From NCBI GenBank assembly GCA_002269645.1, contig NIVC01000952.1, positions 1 to 64,000 on the forward strand: DNA of 64,000 nucleotides, given 5' to 3'. Origin of the DNA: Macrostomum lignano. Taxonomy: Eukaryota. Position 1 is the first letter of the stretch, and each line of letters opens with the position of its first letter. Positions 35,587-47,193 of this stretch are shown piece after piece. The notes beneath the pieces are model-generated. The model was not told the DNA's origin and did no database searches. It was given only the letters and a program-made list of their open reading frames with translations. A program made the translations under genes and the position numbers.

Positions 35587-38500
35587 GTCAGCTTGTTGAA
35601 TGAACATTAGTAAATTTATAAACGATGCATTTTAGATGCAGTCAAGAATAATCTGAACATGTAGCTTGAATTACTAGTTCTAATCCAAGCATCCTCTACA
35701 ATGGTGCATGCCCCGCAGTTCCTGATTAAATGAACGCGGCAAACCAACCGAAAACACAGCATACCCGGTACACAGATGTTTTTCTAACTACCAGAGCTTC
35801 TTAATTGCTGGCGAGTTTATGTAGCAGCCTCACACGTGGCCATTATATGGGCAGCTGGCTGGGCACTACAGAGCCTTTCAATGCTGTTCCAGCCTCGAGT
35901 ATTCAGAGGCTTGAACGGAAACCCACCACAGCGAGGCCAGCGGTAGCGGCCAGAGCCTTATTAGATCGAGCCTTCGTACAGCAGGGGGGATTCATTAAGG
36001 TGCAAATAGCGGCTAAAATGCTATCGCGCAGAAAACTAGTGATGAGCAGAGCAAAGCACGGCACAGACACATGTCAATCGAATGCACAGACAGCACTGCT
36101 TGGTTGAATTCACAGAACTGCAATATGCAACATTATGAACAAGAGGCATCCAACATGCATGTTCTCATTGTTAAGTCTTTCAAAAGACTGAATGTTGAAA
36201 ATATTGGCTCTAAAAAATTCCCATGTAGAAAATAAAAATATTGCTCTATCTACTCATAGTACCTATGAGTAGTATTATGAACTATAGATTAGTTATATCA
36301 TGATAAGTAAGCTTCAAAAACTTACAAATAGGCCGAATCTGTTTGTCTGTAGTAAGTAAACAAGCTGATTTTCTTGCTTTGAAAACAAGCAATAAACATG
36401 CTTTTTCCAATAGTGACTTATGTTTCAAGTTACTTGTATGTAAATGTTGCCTGAATTGACTTGTATAGGCCTATTACATATGTTGCTATTAGTGATTTGT
36501 ATTTAAAGTTTGGCTATAGTGACCTATATATATATACTAATAGAAATAGCCAAGTGAATCCAAAAGTTTTATACCTATGCTTTTGCTATTTGAAATGTTT
36601 TTTTCATGAAATTTAGGCTCTATCTAGAGAAGGCTATTGATAAAATTGTGGCTTGGATATATTTAGCATAGGCCCAACAATTAAAGTAGATTCTAGATTC
36701 ATTCATGTGCTTATAAATAATAAGTCCCATAGGTATCAAGGTATTAGATTATTGTTGCTATCTAAAAATATTTTTAGCTAAGAACTAAAGGTCTTAAATA
36801 ATAAAAGCTTCTTATAATAAAGGATTTTATAACATTTAGTTTAAGCCAATGTTTGGCTAAATTTTTAACTATAAGACTAAGGGCCCAAAAGAGGAGAATG
36901 GAGAATAGAAAAGAAAGGAAAAAAGAAGAAGGGAGAAAAAGAGAGGAGAAGGGAGAGGAAAGAAGAGGGGAAGAAGAAAAGAAAAAGAAGCTATAAGATA
37001 AGACATAAGCCTTAGGTGATTACTATTGTAGTTTAATAGACTCAAGGACTAGAAAAAGAGGCTTTGTGGGCCATATAGGACCCATAGGGTAGAGTTGCCA
37101 AGCCAACCCATAGTTTAAACCTAGATATTAATTAGTTAAAATCAGTTTAATACTTTAAATTTTAATTTTTAGAAATTGACTTTAAGCTTGTCATTAAGAC
37201 TAAAAAATAATATTCAATTTCTCAATTTTAAACAAGAATCATTTAGAATTAAAACTTAAAGTATAAAATATCTAATTTAATAATGGTAATAAACATTAAT
37301 GATATTCATTTATTTTTATATATAATAATTTATAATTGTATTTTATGACAAACAAATTGCTTTTAAACTAATGAACAAAAACATATATATATATATAGGC
37401 CCCTACGTTAAATAAAAAGGCAAAGGGACAAGTAAACCTTTGCTAAAATATAGATTAGCTTTCCTAGACCTAAGGCCTAGGGCTAGGGTTGAAACCATAT
37501 AAGAATTATTTGCCTTATCAAATTGCTAGTTTTATGACTTTTTTCTAGGCTATACCAGTATATATAATTTAAATGTTTAATCCAACTTAAAGAATGCTAC
37601 TGTATATATTTTATATAGTATTAAACATGTGTTATAAACTTGGCCAGTCTCCCAGACAAAGGTCAGTCAGTACCAATAGATAGGGCCTAATACTATACTA
37701 GGAAATAGGCCTATCCACTTGAATATGTCAATGAATGGCATTTTAAAAAGCCTTAAACAGTGTTAAAGGAAAATATAAATTTAAGTTTAACTAAAGTCAA
37801 GATTGTATTGACAGCATGGGAAATAACAAAATAGCAAGTTCTACATATAAAATTAAGAATAATAAAGCAGTTCATAGGTCTATTCATATATATTTTAAAC
37901 TAGATCTAGCTGACTCAAATACTGAATTATTTAATATAGGCCCTACTCTCTAGCTATTGCGGTCGAAATCGAAATGCATTGGCAAAAGTCTAAGAAACTA
38001 AAATGTTGATTTTGAGTTTCCTCTACTTAATTGTTGTGAAGCGAGGAACCCTACCGGGATCTCTAGCTATAATCTACATCGGCGATTATTAATTTAATAA
38101 TTAACCATTGAGGATTTGGAGCCCATAAGGCATAACACCAACATACAGTTGGCCTTCTCTCTGCACGCACACACGTGGACCGACTTCCAAGAATACAGAA
38201 AAGTCAAAATTTTGCTATGTGGAAGATAACGACAAAACAACAAATTTTAATGTCAATCATAATTAAATATGTATCGCGAGATTTTTACTTCTCGGAAGGA
38301 TTTCGAGCTAATATGCAAATGCAACGCATTATGCGTGCAATTATGGGAACGCATCTAATAATTGGCAACAGTGCAACTATTTTTCATTACATGTTGGTCC
38401 AATCGTACATGCTCAATTATTGTACAGGGCCGGTTACGACAGGTGTAGCATGGGTCTACACTACATACATGTATTTAAGGACCGAGTGCAAACACTGAAA

Positions 38501-39040
38501 CTGCGGCAGTGACAGTCGTGTAACACAAAAAATCAACCGAGATTTTTGAAAATCATCCGAAAGCGTGACAAATTGCCATCACGGGATGGTCCAGCATGTA
38601 AAAGGACAAATTATAGAGTGCTCCGATGAACAGTGGTCAGTGGGACAATTGACGAATCTCAGGCGTTGTTGAACGCTACAGAATGGAAAATTATAGCAAG
38701 TCACTCTGCATGAGTGCTCTAGCACCCCACATAGCAAGTACGAATGATTCGAATATTCTCTAGAAGGGCTTGCCTGTCAATTGGCGATGCAAACGAGCAT
38801 GCCTGAAGGTAGAACGCGAGGCAAACATGTACACTTTTAGAAGGAGACGTATGGGTTGCATATTTACGAAGTGATTTTTGTACAAAACAAAAAATCAAGG
38901 GACTTTTCGGCCAACTGGTTACTGATTAGATGAACAATGAATTAAGCGGCAGTCTTATTAGCCATGCAGAGATCAGCAAAGTGCATTCAGCACAATAAAC
39001 AGGGCAGCTGGATTGAGCACGCTAACAAGCCACAAACTGC

Positions 39041-39279
39041 TCAGTAGGGCCTGTAACCATCACGCTCGTTCAGCACCTGCCAATCGAATGTCCAGCCGCA
39101 GGATTCGGTTCGAAAGATGCTCCACAATTTGAGTGCAGCTGCCACCAGAATTGCCACCACAACGAGCCATAAAAGCCACCGACCAGCGGGTAAAAATTGC
39201 TCCCAAGGTTGCTGAGAGATCTCCAGGCCGCTGGCAGTGGCCGGCCAGTACTGACCAGGCATCGCCTGGGGCGGCAGTG

Positions 39280-39310
<31 letters not shown>

Positions 39311-40106
39311 TTGTTGTTGCTCTCGCCTCTGCATGGAGCCTGCTAGTAAGTTTAAGCAGAATACAGTAAAATGTTTTATAGTGATTCAGTGTTTATAACC
39401 CATATAGTGATTCAGCATACAGCTTCGAACTCACCAATTGCAGTCCTGTGCTGCTGCCCGTCCTTAGAGGCCAGAAATAGGCAAATTCGGCTCTGGCACA
39501 GTTCAAACTCGCAGCTCAGTGGGTAGTCCAGCCTGTCGGCCAGTGCGCCCAGAGTCTCCGCCAGCTGACCGAGTCGACGAGCCCTGTTGAAAAGATCCGT
39601 GTGAAATTACTAACAGTGAGTTCAATTAGCATCTAGAACATGAATAAATGGACTTAAATGAACGCCAATGCCAAGTTCTTGCAAAATTTATTGATCTTTG
39701 CTCCGGTTGCGACTCACTCAGTTCCAACATCCGGGTCGCCGCGGTCGACTTCGTCGGCAAACTTGATCACGTGACGCAGGAAGGCGGCCTCCAGCCGGCA
39801 GACCAGCCGTTCAACTGCTCGGCTGCGCTGCAGCCACAGCTGGGAGGTGTCCGCCAGCATCCGGCGCCATCGACGAGTTCGATCGGCATCGGCGGACTCG
39901 GCCTGGATGGATACGGTTGAGTAGGCCGCTCTCAGCGATTCGCAATCGATTTCATCGGCGGCCAGCTGCAAGCAGTCGGCGTGGATCTCGGCGATGCCCG
40001 GCAGAGCCGACCGGTAGGAGGCATCGCGATTGGCCAGGCTAGCCAGGGAGCTCGACAGGTGCAGTCGCATGTGGCTGACGTCCCGATAGTGGCTCTCAGC
40101 TGCCAT
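39041..40106 (-). CDS. Tail-anchored protein, KASH/nesprin-like (3 exons, 278 aa)
   Basis: Exons 40106-39718, 39583-39435 and 39339-39041 join in phase (GA|gtgagt..caacag|G; G|gtgagt..tagcag|GC), totalling 837 nt. Helical N-terminus, poly-Q, TM WLLWLVVVAILVAAAL and a ~29-aa tail ending GYRPY. Confidence 0.7.
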
Positions 40107-41473
40107 GCCTTTGCTGGTTTTGCTGTCAAAAATTATTTACAAGCTTTAAGCTAGCTTCGTTTGAGACTCGATCCCATGGATCTCCGCTGCACTGCACTGC
40201 AGTGCGGTGGCTCTAGAAATGGCTTACGCTCGTAGTTGAAGAAGCGGGTTAAGCCATAAACCAAAAACTACCAAAAGGAGCTGGATTCCGTGACACAAAT
40301 GAAATAATCAGAGTGTAGGAAATTCAAAGTCAAGTTCCGCGTTCTCATGTGCGCTTTAATTGGCTGAGAGAAAATTTTTTCGTGGAAATGTTACTTAATA
40401 TATATGGAGGCGTCTTGTCTATGGCCTGCCTCGCCCAATGAAATGACTTGGGTGATTGGGTAAGTTCCTTTTTTGGGCTCCAGGAGACTCCAGGAGAGAG
40501 AGCGGAGGGGAAGACTCGACAGGAGAGAGAGCGGAGGGGAAGACTCCAAGAGAGAGCGGAGGGGAAGACTCCAGGGAGATAGTTTATGAGACCTGAGATA
40601 TATCTGACTCTGCTGAAAGAGTAACCTTTAGCTTTAACCATCATATATTTCTTTTTCTATTTTCAGAAAAAGACTACCTCTCGGCGGCTGCTTGTGTTGA
40701 GTTTTTATCTCATCCTACGAGTCGTATGCATCACTGTGTGCGGCTAGCTGCCTATGAGCCAGCTCCCATGAGCCCCTGGAGTCTACCCTGACCATGAGCT
40801 GACTGCCACCCCAGTACACCCAGCTATCGTTTTCATCGCGCTTTATCGAGCTGTCATTTTGCGCTTAAATTTAGTTGCATATCTTAAAAATCACCTTTCG
40901 GGCTCGCTTTTGTCCTCTCCACTTCTGATTGGCTGTTGCATGGCGTGGTCCGTATTAATTTCATCCTCAACATCAGTCGTTGCTTGCTGATTGGATAGGT
41001 TTTAGTGGACCCCGTAGCTTCGCTCGCTTCTTCACTGAGGTTCAGCCCTATTTTTGGGCAATATCCAATGAACTCTCACTGCTACCGCTGTTCCAGGCTA
41101 GTAAGAGTCTGTGATTGCGTTCACGCCGGCGTTAGCCCAGTTTAAACTTCTTTAGACATCGATCTTCGACAGAAGAAAAAAACAGCGTTGTACGACCACA
41201 CCTGATCTAAACATACTGAACCAGCTACGTACGTAGAACTGTAATTTGTTCTTTTTAAGGCTCTCCTTCAGAAAAAAGATTGCTTATTAGGACTGTGCTG
41301 GCTACAATGCAAAAACTTCTGTGACAACTGGGACCCTAGCTTGTAAAACATCAGATAAGCGAGGATTCTGGTTGTTTATATAGTTTAGGGTTCAACTTTG
41401 ACACGTATCCAAGAATGCTCTAAAATTAAGTTAAATTTACGCAGCAAAGCTGAAGTTATGCAGTGCTTAAAAG

Positions 41474-43411
41474 ATGTACTTCAACAGCGAAGGCATCAGC
41501 GAAGCCGCATCATCGCCCAGTCTGTGCGACTTTCGACGCTGTGCAGCCGCTGGCGATGCGCATTTTCGGCTTCCACCGGATGACGGAAGCTCCTCTGTCA
41601 ACGCCTTCAACGCTGACACCCCGTTGAGCTGCAAACGGTCCCCAGATCGAAGCAGAAAGACCTATAAGCTTACTCGATTCAGCACTGCGGAAGTTTGCCT
41701 GACCCCGGACTTGCAGCAGGCGGTTGTCAGGTCACGGTCAGCTGTGGATTCAAGGCCTCGCTCAGAGAATACAGTTGTATCGTCACTGAATGAGAAAGCG
41801 ACTGCAAGCAGGAGGACTCACTGCTTCTTCGAGAGTATCTTCCTCAGGAGTTTGCCGGTTACTCCAGCTAGGGAAGTGTCTCACAATTTGCTGCTCGAGT
41901 CCTGCACACCTATGCCAACGCCAGTGGAGGCAGACAGACCAGTAATCAAGACAGTGAGGAAGCATAGGTGCATCGTTTTTTGTAGCTCAACTCCGGCACA
42001 GGTGCTACCATCGCCAAGGTCGTACTTGGTCCCGTCGAATCTCGACTGCCCCTGCAACCTTCGCTGCATTGACTGTCCGACTGGAGACGCCATCGAATGG
42101 CCATCGAGCGCACAAAACATTCTGCAGAAGTGCAGTTCAACGACACACTGCGTCAACCGCAGCTTTCGGTATTCTCTCGAGCATCAAATTACATCCCGCG
42201 TCTCTGACGACCCATCACCTGTCTTGGCCGTAGAATTCAAGGAGGAATTCAACCTTCAGCTGGAGCTGCTGTACCAGCAACCACAGAGCTGGCAAAGCTG
42301 TGCAGAGTCTACAAGCGAGTCAATTTACCTACAACCGGCTGTTTCTCGGCGAGAAAAAGTACTTTTCTACTGTGAGCTTTCCGACTCTGACGAGACTGTG
42401 ACGGACTGGCAGATGGCTGCATTTAACAAGCTGCAATGTCCCCCCGTGACTGCACGTTGCATCAGGGAGAAACCGACTGCGTCAGCTGATTGGCAAATGG
42501 AGCACTGGCGCATACAGTGCAACGAGCCACAGTGCGCACCTCTCACTGAGGTTCCGTGTCCGGCTTTGCATTACTCAAGTGGAGCCAGTACTGGCGACTG
42601 CGGCTGCACTACCGACTGTCAGCAGATGAAGCCTCAGTGGCCGCCTGCACCTGATCCACATTCATCACATCGAACTCGCGACAGCGACTGCTGCACATCA
42701 GTTAGCTACTCAAATGTGCACTCAGCACCAGAACGACGTGTAGACACGAGATGGCGGCAGCGTCGGCGAGCTCCCTTGGATTCACCGTCAGCTTCGGCGG
42801 TCTCAACTCAGTCAGCAGAGACCGAATCAGCCGTACTGCATACGGCCATTGCAAGAGGCGGATTCGACCACCTTCTGCAGACGCTGGAGAGGGCGAGACT
42901 GCGGTACAGCGGCTCTGCTGTCTCTGCAACTTTCTCCTGTCCAGGGACGGGTAGTGGACGACGTCGCCGGAGGCAGCAGAGCAAGACGTGCAGCTTTCAG
43001 ACATGCCCTGCAACCTGCGATCTTGGCAGCGAAAATGATAGAAATGAATTAGAGATTGAAGACGAAGATGTCGAGGAGTCTGAGCTTGAGAACACGCAGG
43101 TACTCGACGGAAACCAGTCGAACTTCGAAGACAACGACTGCAGCGATGAGTTTTGTGCCTGCGACACTCAATATTGCAGCTGCAACTTTAGAACTTGTTG
43201 CTGCGAAGGCGACTATCAGTGCAATGACGGTCTTGCAAAGCCGTCTGTGCAGCCTCTTATCGACCATTCGACCGCATCTCAGCGGGAGCGCCGGGAGGCG
43301 AAAATCATCGACTCCATGTCGCAGTCGCTGCTCACGCTAACGAAGAGCTTGGAGTCGTGCATGCGTCACATTCGCGGCACAGTGGCGGAGCTGCAGAGCT
43401 GCAGCGAATAA
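41474..43411 (+). CDS. Intronless Ser/Cys-rich orphan protein, copy B
   Basis: 645-aa ORF, highly similar to 27879-29807; the only internal indel seen is 3 bp. Confidence 0.65.
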   Translation: MYFNSEGISEAASSPSLCDFRRCAAAGDAHFRLPPDDGSSSVNAFNADTPLSCKRSPDRSRKTYKLTRFSTAEVCLTPDLQQAVVRSRSAVDSRPRSENTVVSSLNEKATASRRTHCFFESIFLRSLPVTPAREVSHNLLLESCTPMPTPVEADRPVIKTVRKHRCIVFCSSTPAQVLPSPRSYLVPSNLDCPCNLRCIDCPTGDAIEWPSSAQNILQKCSSTTHCVNRSFRYSLEHQITSRVSDDPSPVLAVEFKEEFNLQLELLYQQPQSWQSCAESTSESIYLQPAVSRREKVLFYCELSDSDETVTDWQMAAFNKLQCPPVTARCIREKPTASADWQMEHWRIQCNEPQCAPLTEVPCPALHYSSGASTGDCGCTTDCQQMKPQWPPAPDPHSSHRTRDSDCCTSVSYSNVHSAPERRVDTRWRQRRRAPLDSPSASAVSTQSAETESAVLHTAIARGGFDHLLQTLERARLRYSGSAVSATFSCPGTGSGRRRRRQQSKTCSFQTCPATCDLGSENDRNELEIEDEDVEESELENTQVLDGNQSNFEDNDCSDEFCACDTQYCSCNFRTCCCEGDYQCNDGLAKPSVQPLIDHSTASQRERREAKIIDSMSQSLLTLTKSLESCMRHIRGTVAELQSCSE

Positions 43412-44079
43412 GATTCAATCGTATATAGTTAGTATTTATCTCAATACCTGTCGCAAGTAACTTGCAGCGAAAGCCTACTGTATGAGTTGGTATATGAGCA
43501 TAAGTTTGTAAAGTATCATACATTTGTATTTCATTTTTTGATGAACAGCTGCAGACGAGTAAAAAAGAAAGCTGATTGTTGACTCGATCAGCCTTGATTT
43601 TTTATAACTGGAGGCAGCCATTTTTGGCAAGCAGCGAGGATTTTGGCTGTTCAAATCCAAGCTTTTGTTTTTCAAGGTCTAGATCCCTGTGCGAGCATAC
43701 ATACCACAATTTTATACCTTGTAGCTAATCCAAGTTGCTTTAGTTAGTGATTAATTGGATGTAGGCTTACAAATGGCCTCCTTAGGGCTTACCCAGGAGG
43801 GACTAGGCTTTCAAGACTCGAATGGCGCAAAACTGGTTGACTGCATTATGAACTTGATCGCTGAATTGTCCTCTTCGAACAAAATGTTCATTTTCTGGGG
43901 TGTATACGTGCACCCCATGCAATAGTAAATAGAGAACCATAATCTTAGTCATGCAGTGATCATGGTTGAAAACGAAGGAGAAAAGCGCCAAAATGAATTC
44001 AAGAAAGCGAATTTAAAGCGGAAATCCTGTAATTGTTTTTAAAACGCAAGTGTTTTTAAGGTATTATGTAGTTATTTAG

Positions 44080-44339
44080 GGGCCTTTTCATATTGCTTGC
44101 TCTGGTTCCAGAACCAGAACCAATTTGTGAAGTATAACTTTTTGTCTCCATAACTAGAGGGAGATACGTGCTATAAAGTTTTTATTATTGAATGACAATC
44201 ACCAAGAAGAAAGTGAAAAATTGTGCTAAGTTAGGTTGTTAAGGCAGTCAAATATTAACAGAGTTTAATAGTTATACTGCTGTTTTTCTTGGAATTCCGA
44301 ACCGATTCTGGTTCTGGAATTGGTAATATGAAAAGGCCC
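44080..44339. mobile_element. PIF/Harbinger (Tourist-like) MITE, 260 bp
   Basis: 15-bp TIRs GGGCCTTTTCATATT and AATATGAAAAGGCCC, a 3-bp TAG duplication on both sides, and inverted subterminal TTCCAGAACCAGAA motifs. Confidence 0.75.
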
Positions 44340-46415
44340 TAGGTTGTTGAACTGTATTTTTTAGGTATGAATTCGAATTGGATTTAATAGGACGAACGTT
44401 TTTAGTTTCACGTGTTTCACCTCTTGTGCCAGTTCTGATCGCTAGACAGTGACTCTAAGCGCAGGGAAATGTTATTGTAAAGTACCAGGGTGCCTGAAAG
44501 ACATGTGAGAAATTTTAAAACTAGTGTTGGCACAGTAGTTTGCGCAGGCCGCAGAGTCAATTTGTTCTTTTCATTTGAGTAACAACTGCTTAGCCTACCT
44601 AGGCCGATCATTGTGCCAGTGAATATATATGTCGTAGGTAGCAGGTAGGCTATACCTATATGTCGTAGGTTTTAACTTTAGTGGCTAGGTGGTCCTAATG
44701 GCCTAAGTCTAAGATCAAGGATTAACTCAATATCACTCAACTTCAATAGGGACACATATCTATTTTTTAAGATTAGATAGGCCCTAGGTCTATAAAATAA
44801 ATGAATCCCCTATTATAAAGTCAAGGAACCTTCTTAGGCCCCTATCCTTTATGCTCCAGCCCCAGTAGTTGGTTTAAAGCTATGCCACACAGTTTAAATT
44901 TGAAATTTGTACCTTTGTATCAATAAAATATATCTAGGTCTATTTATAGACATAGACTAGCAATCTAGTCATTCTAGTGCCCCCTTTGGGGTGTACAATA
45001 AGCTAAGAGCAAAAATTGTTCATGAAAAATATTTAAAAAAGCTCATTTTCTTTTCTTAAGCATATTTCCTTCTTCAGTTTTATAAATAATCTTATTCAAG
45101 TAAAATTAAATTGTCATAGAAAAATATGTTTGCTATGATTATGAGTCTCTTTCTTTTTTTCTAAAATTAATAGAAATACAACAAAATATAGTTTTCACGA
45201 ATAGAGGCCTAATAGACATTCCCCCTAAATAGAAAACATCCCCAAGATAAGCAAGCAAGCATCCTCCTAAATAGCAAATAGCAAAATAGATAGCAAGTAT
45301 CTACCCAGATAGCAAGCATCTTCCCAGAGGCCAGATAGTAGGCCTAAGCATCCCCCAAACAAAAAAACAAAACAAAAACAAAAATATTTTGTAGTTATAT
45401 TCAAATTAATAGTGATATTTTGCAAGCTTTTCCATTGTAGAAAACCTACTATATATTCAAATTTGCCTTTAGCATTTAATAGCCTATTGGCAATTTATAA
45501 GCCATAGTGTGGAACACCCTGAATATATGTCAGACAAAAAATCTCCTACAATTTTTTTGGTATGCCAGTGTATGCCAAATTTTTTTCCAATCCAAAATTA
45601 TAATCCCAGAAAAAACAAACCTCATTTCTAATGTTGCAGTGCACTAAATGACCTTTTTTGCTCCTTTGTTTCACTTTTTTGCTTTTTTGCTTTTTTACAT
45701 ATATGTTCCTACAATTCCTACACTTTTTTACTATCCATTTTTATATGCTAGATAGTATACCAAGTGTATGCCAAAGTTGTGAGTGTATACCAGATTAATC
45801 TAGCATACCACCTCTCTTTTGGACTATGGTTTATAAGCCCAGGACCCTCACTTAAGTCCCTGACCCTACCAATATATATTTGCTTTTTATCTTTTATTTC
45901 ATGATAAAAATTAATTTAATCTAGCTAGAATAACCAAAAGCCTTGCAATAAGGCCTAGTACTTATAAAACTTATCCATAGAGGGGATAAGCCTAAATATA
46001 TAAAAGGACTATAGAAATTTTTTGCTAGGCTATTTTTTGTAACTAGTATTTAATTGCATGTTTATTTAATAATAATAGATATAATTCAACATATCAAAAG
46101 TTGTTTTTGATTAGAAGCATTAAAAATTCAACAAATGGTAATACAAAGAATGCTACTAAGATACCTTATAATACAATTAGACAATCTATAGATATATAAT
46201 TTCTTATCTAGTGCCCTTATTAAGATTATATTAAATACTTTTTAATTCTTTTTAAAACATCTTTTTTGGTTTCTAAATTGTTTTTTTATACCTATCTTAA
46301 AGTAGATAGGGCTACTATTGTCTTCTAGTGAATAGTTGGAATTAGACAGGTATAATCCTATATTATAATTGAGACACCCTCAATAAATTATAATAATTAG
46401 ACACTTAGGCAGTAA

Positions 46416-46716
46416 CATACATGCGCAACCTCCAAAATTCAGTCGGCCATGCGACTTAGTTTTAACAAAAATGCGACGTAGTTTTTGGCCAAAAATGCGA
46501 CTTACATGTAGTTAAAAAAACCATACGCAAAATTAACGCAACTTTGGGTAAAAGGCAGGAGTAACTATGACTGTCTTATTAGGTCAAAATGCCTCGTCAG
46601 CTACTTGGTAATACTACTTTGGTATTTTTTCGGGTGGGCATTTTTGCGACTTCCTTGATTGGCTGCCAAATCGGTCGGCCGGATCGGCCGACTCGGCCGA
46701 CTGTTGCGCATGTATG
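46416..46716. mobile_element. Non-autonomous DNA transposon (MITE), hAT-like, 301 bp
   Basis: 14-bp TIRs CATACATGCGCAAC (46416-46429) and GTTGCGCATGTATG (46703-46716). Exact 8-bp TSD GGCAGTAA (46408-46415 and 46717-46724). Repeated subterminal TGCGAC motifs. Confidence 0.88.
46546..46609 (+). pseudogene. Degenerate 28S rRNA fragment (R2/I-PpoI target region) inside the MITE
   Basis: GGGTAAAAGGCAGGAGTAACTATGACTGTCTTATTAGGTCAAAATGCCTCGTCAGCTACTTGGT versus the conserved eukaryotic LSU sequence recalled from memory, GGGTAAACGGCGGGAGTAACTATGACTCTCTTAAGGTAGCCAAATGCCTCGTCATCTAATTAGT. There are 6 mismatches in the 56 flanking positions and the central 8 nt are altered. Confidence 0.8.
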
Positions 46717-46799
46717 GGCAGTAAACAGTAAAAAGATATCTTATTAAATTAAATATCTAGAGATAGATTCCCTATCTTGCAGCAGACATCCTACTAGAC

Positions 46800-47130
46800 A
46801 ATGAACATCCCTATCATATAGTGGACATCGATCCCTATCAGATAGTAGACACCCCTATCAGACAATGGACACCCCTATTCTATCAGATAGTGGACACCCC
46901 TAGAAACCCCTTGGAAACCCCTTAAAAACGCATTGGACACCCCTAGAAACACATTGGACACCCCTAGAAAACATTAGACACCCCTAGAAAACATTAGACG
47001 CCCCTAGAAAACATTAGATACCCCTAGAAAACATTGGACACCCCAATCATTCAGTGGACACCCCAATCAGGCAATGGACACCCCAATCTTGCTGTGGACA
47101 CCCCAATCAGGCAGTGGACACCCCTACCCA
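46800..47130. repeat. Degenerate GGACACCCC repeats upstream of the FCF1 exon
   Basis: About 20-bp periodicity. Confidence 0.8.
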
Positions 47131-47193
47131 GTAGTGGAATCGCTACCCATCAGACACCCAAGGTTATCCTGTCCGCACCGAACAAACCCCCTC

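Noticed and set aside
38270-38340. ATGCAAAT octamer as an snRNA promoter element
   Set aside because: No snRNA-like sequence was recognised nearby; a single 8-mer is expected by chance.
46546-46609. A functional rRNA gene
   Set aside because: Only 64 nt, mutated and without flanking rDNA; recorded as a captured fragment instead.
47034-47193. N-terminal extension MDTPIIQWTPQSG... of FCF1
   Set aside because: Derived from GGACACCCC repeats and not homologous to known FCF1 N-termini; likely intronic.
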